Shown piece by piece: positions 1 to 11,034 of a stretch of DNA of 64,000 nt. Both the position numbers and the translations under genes were made by a program. The notes below the pieces were generated by a model. That model was not told the origin of the DNA. It searched no databases and was given only the letters and a program-made list of their open reading frames with translations. The stretch lies in the sequence record DRR378314_656; one strand, 5' to 3'. Positions within the stretch are counted from its first letter, which is position 1. Each line of letters opens with the position of its first letter.

Positions 1-717
<717 letters not shown>

Positions 718-763
718 CTACTTGCTCCGCTGGAAGATTGATTGTGGGGGATAAGACTTCAGA

Positions 764-1411
764 TCAATTGGATTGGCATACCCAGTCATCTGAAAAATTG
801 GCGACGCCGATGACGCTGCGGTTCAGTTCGGCAATGGGATCTGTGGCTTCGGCATGGCGGGAGAACTGGCGCAGGCCGCTGGTTGTCTCGATGCTTGTAA
901 CGATGTCGTGCGATGACAGCAGCAGTTCAAAACTGCGCGAACCATCTGCGTTCGTGATCATCTTTTCGCGGGCGCCATAGGCTGGCAATTCTGCATCGCT
1001 GGCCGTGAGCAATGACAACGCAACCTGATTGGCGACATTGGCTGGCAGTTGAGTTTGCACGCGGCACATCGGGATGCGGACGTTTTCTGCAACCGGAACG
1101 GTGCGCGCGTCCAGCATCATCGTTCCGGACCAGTCAACAATGTCATAGATGTAGGACGCGCCGCTCGGCGCAGCGGTATCCACGATCCGAAGCAGGGGAG
1201 CCGGATCGGCATCAAAGATGGTGCTGGCGCGTGCAACCAGACGCTCAGCACGGTCTATGTCGCACTGAAGGTCAGCCTTGGCGGCTTCGTCAGGTGCCAT
1301 ATAGGCCGCCGATGAAACATTCCCGCGGCACGATTCCGGCAGGTTCTCTTGCGCGATAGCAGTGCCACCAAGACAGAAGGCGGCGATGGCAAGCAGGCTT
1401 GCTTTTCTCAT
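764..1411 (-). CDS. Hypothetical exported protein
   Basis: 215-aa ORF with signal-peptide-like N-terminus (MRKASLLAIAAFCLGGTAIA); start overlaps the ilvN stop. Confidence 0.7.
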   Translation of the reverse strand: MRKASLLAIAAFCLGGTAIAQENLPESCRGNVSSAAYMAPDEAAKADLQCDIDRAERLVARASTIFDADPAPLLRIVDTAAPSGASYIYDIVDWSGTMMLDARTVPVAENVRIPMCRVQTQLPANVANQVALSLLTASDAELPAYGAREKMITNADGSRSFELLLSSHDIVTSIETTSGLRQFSRHAEATDPIAELNRSVIGVANFSDDWVCQSN

Positions 1412-1983
1412 CCTTTCACCTTTCCGCGCTTGATCGACAGGACACCTGTCCGGCTGACTTCGACAAGGCCCAGAGGCCGCATGAGGTCGACAAATTGCGA
1501 GATCTTGTCGGAGGCACCCGTCAGCTCGAAAATGAAGCTCTCATTGGTTGTGTCTATCACATTTGCCCGGAAAATCTGAGAGATGCGCAGCGCTTCGACG
1601 CGGGCCTCTCCGATTCCGGCGACTTTTACCAGGGCGAGTTCGCGCTCAATGCCGCGTTTCGACTTGGTGATATCGATCACCTGATCAACGGGCACAATGC
1701 GCAGAAGCTGGGCTTCGATCTGTTCGAGGATATGAGGCGTGCCCTGGGTCACGATCGTGATGCGTGAGCGGTGTTCGTTTGCATCCACCTCGGCCACGGT
1801 GAGGCTGTCGATGTTGTAGCCACGGCCCGAGAACAGGCCTACGACCCGCGCGAGCACGCCGGGTTCGTTGTCCACCATAACGGCCAGCGTACGGCGTTCG
1901 ACTTCCTGATCCTCATGGGACAGGAAATAGGCCGATTTCGGATTGCCGCCGCCGGGCGGTGTGCCTGTCGATCCGTCGCTCAT
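1408..1983 (-). CDS. ilvN: Acetolactate synthase small (regulatory) subunit
   Basis: ACT motif LAVMVDNEPGVLARVVGLFSGRGYNIDSL; ERELALVKV. Confidence 0.95.
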   Translation of the reverse strand: MSDGSTGTPPGGGNPKSAYFLSHEDQEVERRTLAVMVDNEPGVLARVVGLFSGRGYNIDSLTVAEVDANEHRSRITIVTQGTPHILEQIEAQLLRIVPVDQVIDITKSKRGIERELALVKVAGIGEARVEALRISQIFRANVIDTTNESFIFELTGASDKISQFVDLMRPLGLVEVSRTGVLSIKRGKVKG

Positions 1984-2112
1984 GCCTGTGTCTCCGTCCG
2001 ATTAACCCCGATCATGCCGCCTTTTAAAGGCAGAATGGACCCGTGCAAAAGATGTTTTGCTGCATGGCTCATGATCAAACCCCGTATTCGACGGGCCCCA
2101 TTCCCCTGACCG

Positions 2113-3891
2113 TCAGACCAGCGTCTTGCCGGCCTCTCCGATTTCGTCACCTGTGATCTCGCCGAGGATCATCTCATTGTGGGCAGAACCCGACGGGATC
2201 ATCGGCAGGCAATTCTCTGCCTTCTCGACACGGCAGTCGAACAGGACAGGGCCGGGATGGTCAATCATTTCGCGGATCTTGTCGTCCAGCTCAGCCGGAT
2301 TGTCGCATCGGATGCCATGTCCGCCCATTGCTTCAGCAAGTTTCACGAAGTCCGGCAGGCTCTCCGAATAGGTGTGGGAATAACGCTCGCCATGAAGCAA
2401 TTCCTGCCACTGGCGCACCATGCCCATCCATTCATTGTTCAGGATGAAGACCTTCACCGGCAGGCGGTGCTGCAGCGCGGTGGAGAATTCCTGCATCATC
2501 ATCTGGATGGAGGCTTCGCCGGCAACGTCAATCACGAGACCATTCGGGTGCGCGGCCTGAACGCCAACGGCGGCGGGCAGGCCATAGCCCATCGTTCCAA
2601 GCCCACCCGATGTCATCCAGCGGTTCGGTTCCTCGAAGTGCAGGAATTGCGCGGCCCACATCTGGTGCTGGCCAACTTCGGTGGTGAAATAGGTTTCCCG
2701 GTCGCGGGTCAGCGCGTGCAGGCGTTCCAGCGCATATTGCGGTTTGATCACCTCGTCGGAATTTATGTAGGCGAAGCAATTCCGCGCGCGCCAGATGTCG
2801 ATTTCCTGTTTCCAGGGCTTCAGGTCCGGCTTCTTCTCCTTGCGGGATTTGAACTCCTTCAGGAGTGCGGCCAGCGCCTCGGCGCAGTCTGCGATTACCG
2901 GAATGTCGACGCGAACGATCTTGTTGATCGAAGACGGATCGATGTCGATGTGGACCTTCTTAGAGTTCGGGGAGAAGGCATCAATGCGGCCGGTCACCCG
3001 GTCGTCAAAGCGCGCGCCGACGCAGATCATCAGGTCACAGTCGTGCATGGCATTATTGGCCTCGAAACTGCCATGCATGCCGACCATGCCCAGCCAGTCC
3101 TTGTGAGAGGCCGGGAAGGCGCCCAGCCCCATCAGGGTGGAGGTCACCGGATACCCGGTGGCCTTCTGCAATTCGCGCAGCAGGCGGGAGGCTTCCGGCC
3201 CGGAATTGATGACGCCGCCACCCGTATAGAAGACCGGCCGCCGCGCATGGAGCATCAAATCCACGATTGCGGAGATGGCTTCTGGCTGGGGCGTGGTGTT
3301 CGGGTGGTAGGTCGGCTTGTGGACGCCATCCTTGCCGATATAGGTGCCGGTGGCGAACTGGATATCTTTCGGAATGTCGACCACGACCGGACCGGGACGA
3401 CCGGACTTCGCAATCAGAAAAGCCTCGTGGATCGTGCGCGCCAGATCGTTCACATCGGTGACGAGGTAGTTGTGCTTGGCGCAGGTGCGGGTAATGCCAG
3501 TCGTGTCGCACTCCTGGAACGCGTCCGTGCCGATCAGATGTGTCGGCACCTGACCTGTCAGGACAACCATCGGAATGGAGTCCATCATCGCATCGGCGAT
3601 AGGCGTGACCATGTTTGTCGCGCCGGGGCCGGAAGTAACGAGGCAAACGCCAGGCCGGCCGGTCGAGCGGGCATAGCCCTCGGCGGCATGGCCTGCGCCC
3701 TGTTCGTGGCGCACCAGAATGTGGCTGAGCCCTTCAGTGCTGTAGAGCGCATCATAGATGGGTAGCACCGCGCCGCCCGGATACCCGAACATGACTTCTA
3801 CGCCTTGCTCCTTGAGGGCCGTGATGACGATCTCGGCGCCAGTCATGGTCAAGGTTTCAGCGGTGGGCTTGGTCTTGGTTTCGGTTGTCAT
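2113..3891 (-). CDS. ilvB: Acetolactate synthase large subunit
   Basis: [43 protein letters not shown], ThDP-enzyme architecture. Confidence 0.96.
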   Translation of the reverse strand: MTTETKTKPTAETLTMTGAEIVITALKEQGVEVMFGYPGGAVLPIYDALYSTEGLSHILVRHEQGAGHAAEGYARSTGRPGVCLVTSGPGATNMVTPIADAMMDSIPMVVLTGQVPTHLIGTDAFQECDTTGITRTCAKHNYLVTDVNDLARTIHEAFLIAKSGRPGPVVVDIPKDIQFATGTYIGKDGVHKPTYHPNTTPQPEAISAIVDLMLHARRPVFYTGGGVINSGPEASRLLRELQKATGYPVTSTLMGLGAFPASHKDWLGMVGMHGSFEANNAMHDCDLMICVGARFDDRVTGRIDAFSPNSKKVHIDIDPSSINKIVRVDIPVIADCAEALAALLKEFKSRKEKKPDLKPWKQEIDIWRARNCFAYINSDEVIKPQYALERLHALTRDRETYFTTEVGQHQMWAAQFLHFEEPNRWMTSGGLGTMGYGLPAAVGVQAAHPNGLVIDVAGEASIQMMMQEFSTALQHRLPVKVFILNNEWMGMVRQWQELLHGERYSHTYSESLPDFVKLAEAMGGHGIRCDNPAELDDKIREMIDHPGPVLFDCRVEKAENCLPMIPSGSAHNEMILGEITGDEIGEAGKTLV

Positions 3892-3930
3892 GGGAATGTC
3901 TCTGGTCGGGCTGGGTCTGGACTGTATCGG

Positions 3931-3960
3931 AAAAGAAAAAGGGCCCCGATGGAGCCCCTT
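3931..3960 (-). terminator. Attenuator terminator hairpin of ilvB leader
   Basis: Minus strand AAGGGGCTCC-ATC-GGGGCCCTTTTTCTTTT, between leader peptide and ilvB start. Confidence 0.85.
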
Positions 3961-3998
3961 GATGTGCGCGCACCCGCAATTGGCTTACTCAAAGCCAA

Positions 3999-4037
3999 TC
4001 ACGGGTGCTTAATAACGAGTACCACATTCGTGCGCAC
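3999..4037 (-). CDS. ilv operon leader peptide MRTNVVLVIKHP
   Basis: GTG start 9 nt after GGAGG; run of Val-Val-Leu-Val-Ile codons; followed by a long hairpin and a terminator. Confidence 0.85.
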   Translation of the reverse strand: MRTNVVLVIKHP

Positions 4038-4062
4038 GGTGCGTTTCCTCCAACGTCGGGGA

Positions 4063-5019
4063 TCAGGAATAATCTGCCTCAACCGGGCTGTCAATCTCCC
4101 TATACAAGGCAAGAATAACCCTCAAACGGTCTTCCGGTTCGGGTGAAGGAATGCGCGGCCAGAAGGGAAATTGGCGACCAATCCACGTGAATTGGCGCTT
4201 TGCGTAGCGTCTTGTGTCGCGTTTGGCGTTTTCTGCGGCAAATTCTGCCGTTATCTCTCCGCGCGCAAAGGCGGCCAGCCACGGCATTCCATGTGCTTTC
4301 ATTGCAGGAAGTTCGGGATCGAGATCGCGTTTTATGAGCTGGCGGGCCTCTTCCATCGCCCCTTGCATCAGCATGCCTTCAAAGCGGCGATCGATCTTCT
4401 GATAGAGTTTTGCCCGAGGTGGGGTGAGCGCAAAGCCGATCCATTCGCCATCCTTCAGGACCGGCGGCTGGCGGTTCTTCTGGAAATCGGTGATCGGCTT
4501 GCCGGTGGCCAGATAGACCTCATAGGCGCGGGCAAGCCGCTGGCGGTCTCCCGTGCCGAGCCGCGCAGCTGTTTCCGGGTCCACGGGGGTGAGGCGGTCG
4601 CGCAGGCCTTCTGCCCCCTCGGCATCTGCGATAGCCCGGACATCCGCGCGCACATCTTCCGGCACGGGCGGAATGTTGGACAGGCCCTGCGTCATGGCCA
4701 GCAGGTAGAGTCCAGTGCCGCCGACAAGGATGGCGCGCTTGCCCCTCAGTTCCAGGTTGCGGATTGTGGCGCGCACCTCTTCCAGCCAGTCGCCGGTGGA
4801 ATAACGATGCGCTGCATCGACATGACCGAACAAATGGTGAGGCACACCGTCCATCTCTTCCTCGGTTGGGCGGGCCGAGATCACTTGCAGGTCCCGGTAG
4901 ACCTGCATCGAGTCTGCGTTGACCACTTCGCCGCCCAGGCGACGTGCAACATCTATGGCGAGCGCGGTTTTTCCGCTGGCTGTTGGCCCGTGAATAAGGA
5001 TGGCTGGTGTCATCTTCAT
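4063..5019 (-). CDS. miaA: tRNA dimethylallyltransferase
   Basis: GPTASGKT, NADSMQVY, VGGTGLY, TRRYAKRQFTW. Confidence 0.96.
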   Translation of the reverse strand: MKMTPAILIHGPTASGKTALAIDVARRLGGEVVNADSMQVYRDLQVISARPTEEEMDGVPHHLFGHVDAAHRYSTGDWLEEVRATIRNLELRGKRAILVGGTGLYLLAMTQGLSNIPPVPEDVRADVRAIADAEGAEGLRDRLTPVDPETAARLGTGDRQRLARAYEVYLATGKPITDFQKNRQPPVLKDGEWIGFALTPPRAKLYQKIDRRFEGMLMQGAMEEARQLIKRDLDPELPAMKAHGMPWLAAFARGEITAEFAAENAKRDTRRYAKRQFTWIGRQFPFWPRIPSPEPEDRLRVILALYREIDSPVEADYS

Positions 5020-5066
5020 AACGGTAAGGGCTTGTCAGCGGCTAGGAAACCCGTGATGAGGCGGGA

Positions 5067-5987
5067 ATGAACGAGAAAGCAGTGAATTCGATGATCCTTG
5101 TTGCCGCCGCAAATGCCCCTGAGGACAATATCGCCTCGCGTCTCAGCATGATCTTGCGCGACATTGCACCCGCAACCCGCGTGGAGGCGATCACAAGTCT
5201 TGGCCAGATGGGAGATGTTGCGGCCGTCGAGGCCATTATACCCACTCTGCCGTCAGAAATGCTTCAGCCTGTGCTCTCAGCATTGCATGACGCCGAGATG
5301 GACGCAGCGTTCTTGCCTGGCGAAAACCGGCGCAAGCGCCTGCTGATTTCGGACATGGATTCCACGATCATTGGCCAGGAATGCCTGGACGAACTGGCAG
5401 ACTTCGCCGGTCTGAAAGCCGAAGTGTCGGCGATCACCGAGCGCGCGATGCGTGGAGAGCTGGACTTCGAAGGCGCCCTGACGACCCGTGTTGCGATGCT
5501 CAAGGGGCTGGACCTCAAAGCGCTGCAGGATGCTTATGATGCGCGCATCACGCTGAATACGGGCGCGAAGACGCTGGTTGAGACGATGAAGGCGAACGGC
5601 GCTGTCACGGTGCTGGTGTCTGGCGGGTTCACTTTCTTCACTGGCCGCGTGGCGGAAGAGGCGGGCTTTGTCGCCCATCGCGGCAACACGCTGATTGATG
5701 ACGGCGCCGCCCTGACAGGGGAGGTTGGCCTGCCAATCCTTGGCCGTGAGGCGAAGCTGTCGGCGCTGGACGAAGTGTCAGCCGAGAACGGGCTTGGCCG
5801 CGCGGATGCGATTGCGCTGGGCGATGGCGCCAATGATCTTGCCATGATCAAGGCAGCGGGACTGGGTATTGCCTACAAGGCCAAGCCCATTGTTGCGGCG
5901 GAGGCGCACGCCGCCATCACGCACACAGATTTGCACACGGCCCTGTTCTTCCAAGGCTATCATGTTGATGAGTTCGTAACCGGCTGA
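5067..5987 (+). CDS. serB: Phosphoserine phosphatase
   Basis: HAD motifs DMDSTII, VSGGF, GDGANDL; start may be 5091. Confidence 0.93.
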   Translation: MNEKAVNSMILVAAANAPEDNIASRLSMILRDIAPATRVEAITSLGQMGDVAAVEAIIPTLPSEMLQPVLSALHDAEMDAAFLPGENRRKRLLISDMDSTIIGQECLDELADFAGLKAEVSAITERAMRGELDFEGALTTRVAMLKGLDLKALQDAYDARITLNTGAKTLVETMKANGAVTVLVSGGFTFFTGRVAEEAGFVAHRGNTLIDDGAALTGEVGLPILGREAKLSALDEVSAENGLGRADAIALGDGANDLAMIKAAGLGIAYKAKPIVAAEAHAAITHTDLHTALFFQGYHVDEFVTG

Positions 5988-7445
5988 TCAGGAATTGGTC
6001 AGGTCGATAGAGATGAACTGATCGAACCAGCCGGCCTCGCCGCGACGCTTCACACGCAGCAACAAGGGCTGGTGCGGTGTGGTCATGGCTGTTTCGACCT
6101 TGCTGATCGTATCGGATACAGTCGAGACGCGCTCAAAGTTCACTTCCATCACAACATCGCCGCGGCGCAGTTTGCCGAAGGAACGGCCACGTGCAGACAC
6201 AGTGGTCACCGCAACGCCATCAACATCATTCGGAATGCCGTAGCGCCGGCGGACATCATCATCGAGGCTGGTAAGCTCTGCGCCGAGATCGTTTGAGCTG
6301 GCCGGGGCGTCGAGCGCCGCATTCAGTTCTTCCGTCGTGTCATCATCTTCCAGCTCTCCGAGCGTGACATTGACGGTTCGCGCCTTGCCATCGCGGACGA
6401 GCGCGATTGGCACGGTCCGGCCAATTTCGGTGTCAGAGATGAGGCGGGTAAGTTCGCGCACGCTGGTGACGGTCTGGCCGTCGAAGCGCAGCACGAGATC
6501 CCCTACTTCCATATCGGAGTTTGCAGCGGGGCCGTCATCAGTGATCCTTGTGATGATCACGCCGCCCTTGCCAGTGGCCTTGTAAGCGCGAACCAGCGTT
6601 TCATCTGCGTCCTGCACATTCACGCCCAGCCAGGCGCGGCGGACGCGGCCTTCCTTGATCAGCTGGTCGGAGATGCGCTTCACCAGATTGGCCGGCACCG
6701 AGAAGCCGATACCGACAGAGCCACCTGTTGGTGAGATGATGGCCGTGTTCACGCCAACAACTTCGCCACCAAGATTGAACAATGGACCGCCGGAATTCCC
6801 GCGGTTGATGGCTGCGTCGGTCTGAATGAAGTCGTCTGAGCGACCTGCATTGAGGTCACGGTTGCGCGCGGAGATAATGCCGGCAGAAACCGATCCGCCA
6901 AAGCCGAACGGATTGCCGATTGCGATCACCCAGTCGCCAACTTCGGCCTTGTCGCTGTCTGCAAGGTCCACAAAGGGAAGGGGGGTCGATGACTCGACCT
7001 TGAGAACCGCAAGGTCTGTATCGCTGTCGCGGCCGATCAGTTCAGCCTTCAGCACGCGGCCATTCGAGAAATTGATGTCGATCTCGTCGGCGTTCTCGAT
7101 CACATGATTGTTCGTGATGATGATGCCGTCTGGCGAAATGACAAAGCCGGACCCGAGTGAGCCCTCACGGCGGAACCCTTCTTCGTCGCGTCCAAAGAAC
7201 TCATTGAAGCGCTCCATTGGCGACCCTTCCGGGAAGGTCGGCATGCCGTCAGGCGCAATGGTTTGCGAGGTGGAAATGTTCACCACGGCGGGCATCAGTC
7301 GTTTTGACAGATCCCGGAAACTTTGCGGCTGGACCTTCTGGTCAATTCCATCAACGCGTTCAGACAGGCTCGCCTGTGCATGGGCAGGCAGGGCGGCGGA
7401 CGCCGAACTCATCAGGATCAAGGCAGCAAGGGCCGAAATGCGCAT
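5988..7445 (-). CDS. degP: DegP/DegQ (HtrA) periplasmic serine endoprotease
   Basis: GSGFVIS, TNNHVI, QTDAAINRGNSGGPL, two PDZ-like domains, signal peptide. Confidence 0.9.
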   Translation of the reverse strand: MRISALAALILMSSASAALPAHAQASLSERVDGIDQKVQPQSFRDLSKRLMPAVVNISTSQTIAPDGMPTFPEGSPMERFNEFFGRDEEGFRREGSLGSGFVISPDGIIITNNHVIENADEIDINFSNGRVLKAELIGRDSDTDLAVLKVESSTPLPFVDLADSDKAEVGDWVIAIGNPFGFGGSVSAGIISARNRDLNAGRSDDFIQTDAAINRGNSGGPLFNLGGEVVGVNTAIISPTGGSVGIGFSVPANLVKRISDQLIKEGRVRRAWLGVNVQDADETLVRAYKATGKGGVIITRITDDGPAANSDMEVGDLVLRFDGQTVTSVRELTRLISDTEIGRTVPIALVRDGKARTVNVTLGELEDDDTTEELNAALDAPASSNDLGAELTSLDDDVRRRYGIPNDVDGVAVTTVSARGRSFGKLRRGDVVMEVNFERVSTVSDTISKVETAMTTPHQPLLLRVKRRGEAGWFDQFISIDLTNS

Positions 7446-7526
7446 AGGCCGCTGAGCCTCCTTTCGAAGCACAATCTACAGCAATATTTTTAAACTATGG
7501 CGCTTTGCGGGCGTGTTGCAACAGGT

Positions 7527-7724
7527 TCAGAGGACGCGGACTGCAATGACAATGAGGATCGCGCCCACAGCGGCCGATCCGATGCCGGCCAAAGCGATCT
7601 CCCGCGGGGGCATGCGGGAGAGATATTCTGCCAGACGCCGCATGAAGTCGGGGGCGGCCGCATAGGCCACCCCCTCCAAAAACAACCACATGCCGATCCC
7701 GAGCAGGATCAGTTGCAGGCTCAT
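7527..7724 (-). CDS. DUF2065-like small membrane protein
   Basis: 65-aa hydrophobic ORF (LFLEGVAYAAAP) in the usual position after hflC. Confidence 0.8.
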   Translation of the reverse strand: MSLQLILLGIGMWLFLEGVAYAAAPDFMRRLAEYLSRMPPREIALAGIGSAAVGAILIVIAVRVL

Positions 7725-7736
7725 CTTCGCCGGGCC

Positions 7737-8633
7737 CTAACGGGAGCCGCCATTTGCACGGGCCCGATTGATGAACTCGTCGCACAGGCCGAGAGAATCC
7801 GGGCCAACCACGATACGTGTGCCTTCACGGAGAGACTGCTCGCAGGCGATGAGGGCTCTCTGGAAGCGGAAGAATTCCGGGTCCTTGCCATAGGCGTTGG
7901 CGTAAATCTCGGTGGAGAGGGCGTCGCCTTCACCCCGGATGATTTCCGACTGTTCGCGGGCCTGGGCTTCAATCACGGTCTTTTCACGTTCAGCCTGGGC
8001 GCGGATCAGGCGGGCACGTTCTTCGCCCTCGGCGCGGATACGTTCGGCTTCCTGCTTACGCGCTGTCTGCATCCGGCTGTAGACACCGTTTGCCACTTCG
8101 CGCGGCAAGTCTGCCTGACGAATTCGTACGTCTACGATGGAAATACCATCATCGGCGAGTTCAGCGGCCACTTTCGAGCGGATATTGTCCATCAGTTCGG
8201 CACGCTGACCGGAGATGATTTCCGGCACCGGCACGTCACCCATGACTTCACGGATAGATGCTTTGGTCACATCATTCAGCTGGGTCGAGGCGCGGCGAAT
8301 GTCGCGAAGGCTCTGATAGAATTTCAGCGGATCGCTGATGCGCCACCGGACGAAAGCATCAACATCCAAACGGCGCTGGTCCGACGCCAGGACTTCGATG
8401 TTCTCGATGTCGAGGCCGAGATTCTTGCGGTCCAGCTTCTCGACGGTCTGGATGACCGGGATCTTGAAGTAGAGACCGGCTTCATCCGTGCCGGGTGGGT
8501 TGATGACTGCGCGCGGTTCACCGACCTGAAGGATCAGGGCCTGCTCATCCTGGCGCACGACATAGAAAGAGTTCACGATGGCGACCACGACAATCGCGAT
8601 CAGGGCAAGTGCCAGCCAGCTAAGGTTACGCAT
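7737..8633 (-). CDS. hflC: FtsH protease modulator HflC
   Basis: SPFH domain, GLYFKIP, VDVRIRQADLP, YGKDPEFFRFQR. Confidence 0.92.
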   Translation of the reverse strand: MRNLSWLALALIAIVVVAIVNSFYVVRQDEQALILQVGEPRAVINPPGTDEAGLYFKIPVIQTVEKLDRKNLGLDIENIEVLASDQRRLDVDAFVRWRISDPLKFYQSLRDIRRASTQLNDVTKASIREVMGDVPVPEIISGQRAELMDNIRSKVAAELADDGISIVDVRIRQADLPREVANGVYSRMQTARKQEAERIRAEGEERARLIRAQAEREKTVIEAQAREQSEIIRGEGDALSTEIYANAYGKDPEFFRFQRALIACEQSLREGTRIVVGPDSLGLCDEFINRARANGGSR

Positions 8634-9760
8634 CAGTTCTGTCCTCCGCGGTTACCGGACTGCACCCGATCCAGTGGCAGGTAGGGCACTGCGCCGGACT
8701 GGCTGTCGAGAATGGTTTTGTCGGTGCGCTCAAGCACGCGTTCCATGGTTTCGAGATACATCCGCTCCCGCGTGACGCGTGGCGCCTTGCGGTACTCCTC
8801 ATAGATCTGTTCGAAGCGAGACGCTTCACCCTGAGCGTCTGCGACGATCTGGTCACGATAGCCTTCAGCTTCCTGGAGCAGGCGCTGGGCCGTACCCCGC
8901 GCCTGGGGCACGATCTGGTTCGCGTACTGCGTGGCCTGGTTGATGTTGGTCTCGGCGTCCTGTTCGGCGACGTTCACATCGTTGAAGGCCTCGATGACCT
9001 GCTGGGGCGGGTCAGCCTTGTCGATCTGGATACTCAGGATGCGAATCCCGGCGCGATAGTCATCCAGCAGGGTCTGAACCTGTTGGGCGACCTCGTTCTG
9101 AACCACATCCCGCTCTGTGGTGATCACGCTTTGCAGTTTCGTCTTGCCGACGACTTCGCGCATCACCGATTCCGCGACCATTTCGACGGCAATGTCCGGT
9201 TGGCGCACGTTCAGAATGTAGTCCTGAGGCGCATCCGGGCGCACGCGCCAGAAGACGGAGAATTGCAGGTCGACGATGTTCTCGTCTTCGGTCAGCATCA
9301 GGCTTTCGTCGATGGTCTGGCCGATTTCGGTTTTCCGGCGTGCCTCAACTTCTACCAGTTCGTGCTGTTCGAACGGGGCAGGCAGGTGGAAGTGCAGGCC
9401 CGGGCCGAAATTTGTCTGCCATTTTCCGAAACGGAACACGGCGGCCTGCTGGCCCGGATCCACCATCACGACGCTGGTGGACAGCCATGCGAGCAGGGCG
9501 ATACCGGCAATGACGAGAAAGCCTAGCGGACCGAAATTGGTCCCGCCACCGCCTCCGCCGCCACGGCGATTTCCACCGCCACCGCCGCGCTGGCGAAAGC
9601 GTTCCTGCATGCGCCGCATCTGTTCTTCGAGGTCATTGCCCCCACTGCCGCCAGAGCCGCCAGGCCGGTTCCATGGAGAGTCGCCATCCTTGCCGCCTCC
9701 ATTGTTTCCACCCTCGCCGCCCCAAGGGCCGCTGGATTTAGTCTTGTCATCCCAGGGCAT
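8633..9760 (-). CDS. hflK: FtsH protease modulator HflK
   Basis: MPW/GPWG Gly-rich N-terminus, MLTEDENIVD, APRVTRERMYLETME. Confidence 0.93.
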   Translation of the reverse strand: MPWDDKTKSSGPWGGEGGNNGGGKDGDSPWNRPGGSGGSGGNDLEEQMRRMQERFRQRGGGGGNRRGGGGGGGTNFGPLGFLVIAGIALLAWLSTSVVMVDPGQQAAVFRFGKWQTNFGPGLHFHLPAPFEQHELVEVEARRKTEIGQTIDESLMLTEDENIVDLQFSVFWRVRPDAPQDYILNVRQPDIAVEMVAESVMREVVGKTKLQSVITTERDVVQNEVAQQVQTLLDDYRAGIRILSIQIDKADPPQQVIEAFNDVNVAEQDAETNINQATQYANQIVPQARGTAQRLLQEAEGYRDQIVADAQGEASRFEQIYEEYRKAPRVTRERMYLETMERVLERTDKTILDSQSGAVPYLPLDRVQSGNRGGQN

Positions 9761-9858
9761 GTGCCCTCCCTGTATTGCTGTGCATGGGTTCTATATAGGC
9801 GCTTTGATGATAAGTGCATGCCTGTTTGCAGGCATCAAGAGCAGCGGAGTCGCAGATT

Positions 9859-11034
9859 TTGTTCGGATCAAAGGATAAATCACGCCGGAAACTCGAGGAA
9901 AAGATCATCCAGGCCCTCGGGCAGCCCGATTGGCTGGAATCGGTGACCATTGGTGAGGACGGCCGGGTGGTGCTGGTGATCAAGGCCGATCCGACTCAGC
10001 CAGAGGCCGCCGAGGCGCGCCGGATCGAAGCCGAGGGCAAGGTTGAACTGATCTCGGGTGTGAGCTCTGTCAGCAGCGTCCTGACGGCTGAGCGCGCCGC
10101 CAGTGCCCCTGCAAAGGAAGTTCACCTGTCTCACACACCCGCCTCGAAACGCGTGCGGAAAGGCGCCCGGCTGTCTGACGACGCCCTGCAGCAGGGCAAG
10201 GTGCCGTCTGCCGCGCCAAAATCTTCCATTCCCGGCATTTCCCGCATTCTGGTCGTCGCCAGTGCCAAGGGCGGTGTGGGCAAGTCCACAGTCTCGGTCA
10301 ATCTGGCCGTGGCCATGGCGAAGGCGGGCATGAAGGTCGGGCTGATGGATGCCGACATCTATGGGCCGTCCATTCCCACCATGCTGGGCACGGTTTCAAG
10401 CGAGCCAACCACGTCTCAGGAGAGCGGAAAACTGCTGCCCGTCGAGGCGGCTGGCCTGAAAACCCTGTCGATCGGCTATTTGTCCGACCCGGACGCACCG
10501 ATGATCTGGCGCGGACCTATTGTCATGTCAGCGATCACGCAGATGCTGAACGATGCCGAATGGGGCACTCCGGAAGACCCGCTGGACATACTCATCATCG
10601 ACACCCCGCCGGGCACGGGCGATGCACAGTTGACCATAGCCCAACGCATTCCGGTGACCGCGGCGCTGATCGTCACGACACCGCAGGAAGTTGCCCTGGC
10701 TGATGTCCGGCGCGGCGCTGCCATGTTCGCGAAAACCGAAGTGCCGGTGCTGGGTATTGTCGAGACGATGAGCTGGTTTGAAGATCCGGCCGGCAACCGG
10801 CATTACCTGATGGGGCAGGGCGGCGGTTCGGCCACGGCCAACGCCCTCGGCTTGCCTCTGCTGGCTGAACTGCCGATGCTTCAGGCGGTCCGCGAAGGCG
10901 GCGATTCCGGCCAGCCAGCGGCGTTGACCGACGAAACAGCTGGCCAGCTGTTTCACGAACTGGCCCGCAAGGTTGCCATCGAACTGGACGGACTGGCGAC
11001 CAAGCCGACACCCGACATTGTGTTCGAAGACTAG
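9859..11034 (+). CDS. mrp: Mrp/ApbC (NBP35 family) Fe-S cluster carrier ATPase
   Basis: SAKGGVGKST, DADIYGPSIP, WRGP, DTPPGTGD; TTG start at 9859 chosen from upstream GGAG. Confidence 0.9.
   Translation: MFGSKDKSRRKLEEKIIQALGQPDWLESVTIGEDGRVVLVIKADPTQPEAAEARRIEAEGKVELISGVSSVSSVLTAERAASAPAKEVHLSHTPASKRVRKGARLSDDALQQGKVPSAAPKSSIPGISRILVVASAKGGVGKSTVSVNLAVAMAKAGMKVGLMDADIYGPSIPTMLGTVSSEPTTSQESGKLLPVEAAGLKTLSIGYLSDPDAPMIWRGPIVMSAITQMLNDAEWGTPEDPLDILIIDTPPGTGDAQLTIAQRIPVTAALIVTTPQEVALADVRRGAAMFAKTEVPVLGIVETMSWFEDPAGNRHYLMGQGGGSATANALGLPLLAELPMLQAVREGGDSGQPAALTDETAGQLFHELARKVAIELDGLATKPTPDIVFED

Noticed and set aside
9540-9760. Gly-rich low-complexity repeats
   Set aside because: Normal disordered N-terminus of HflK.
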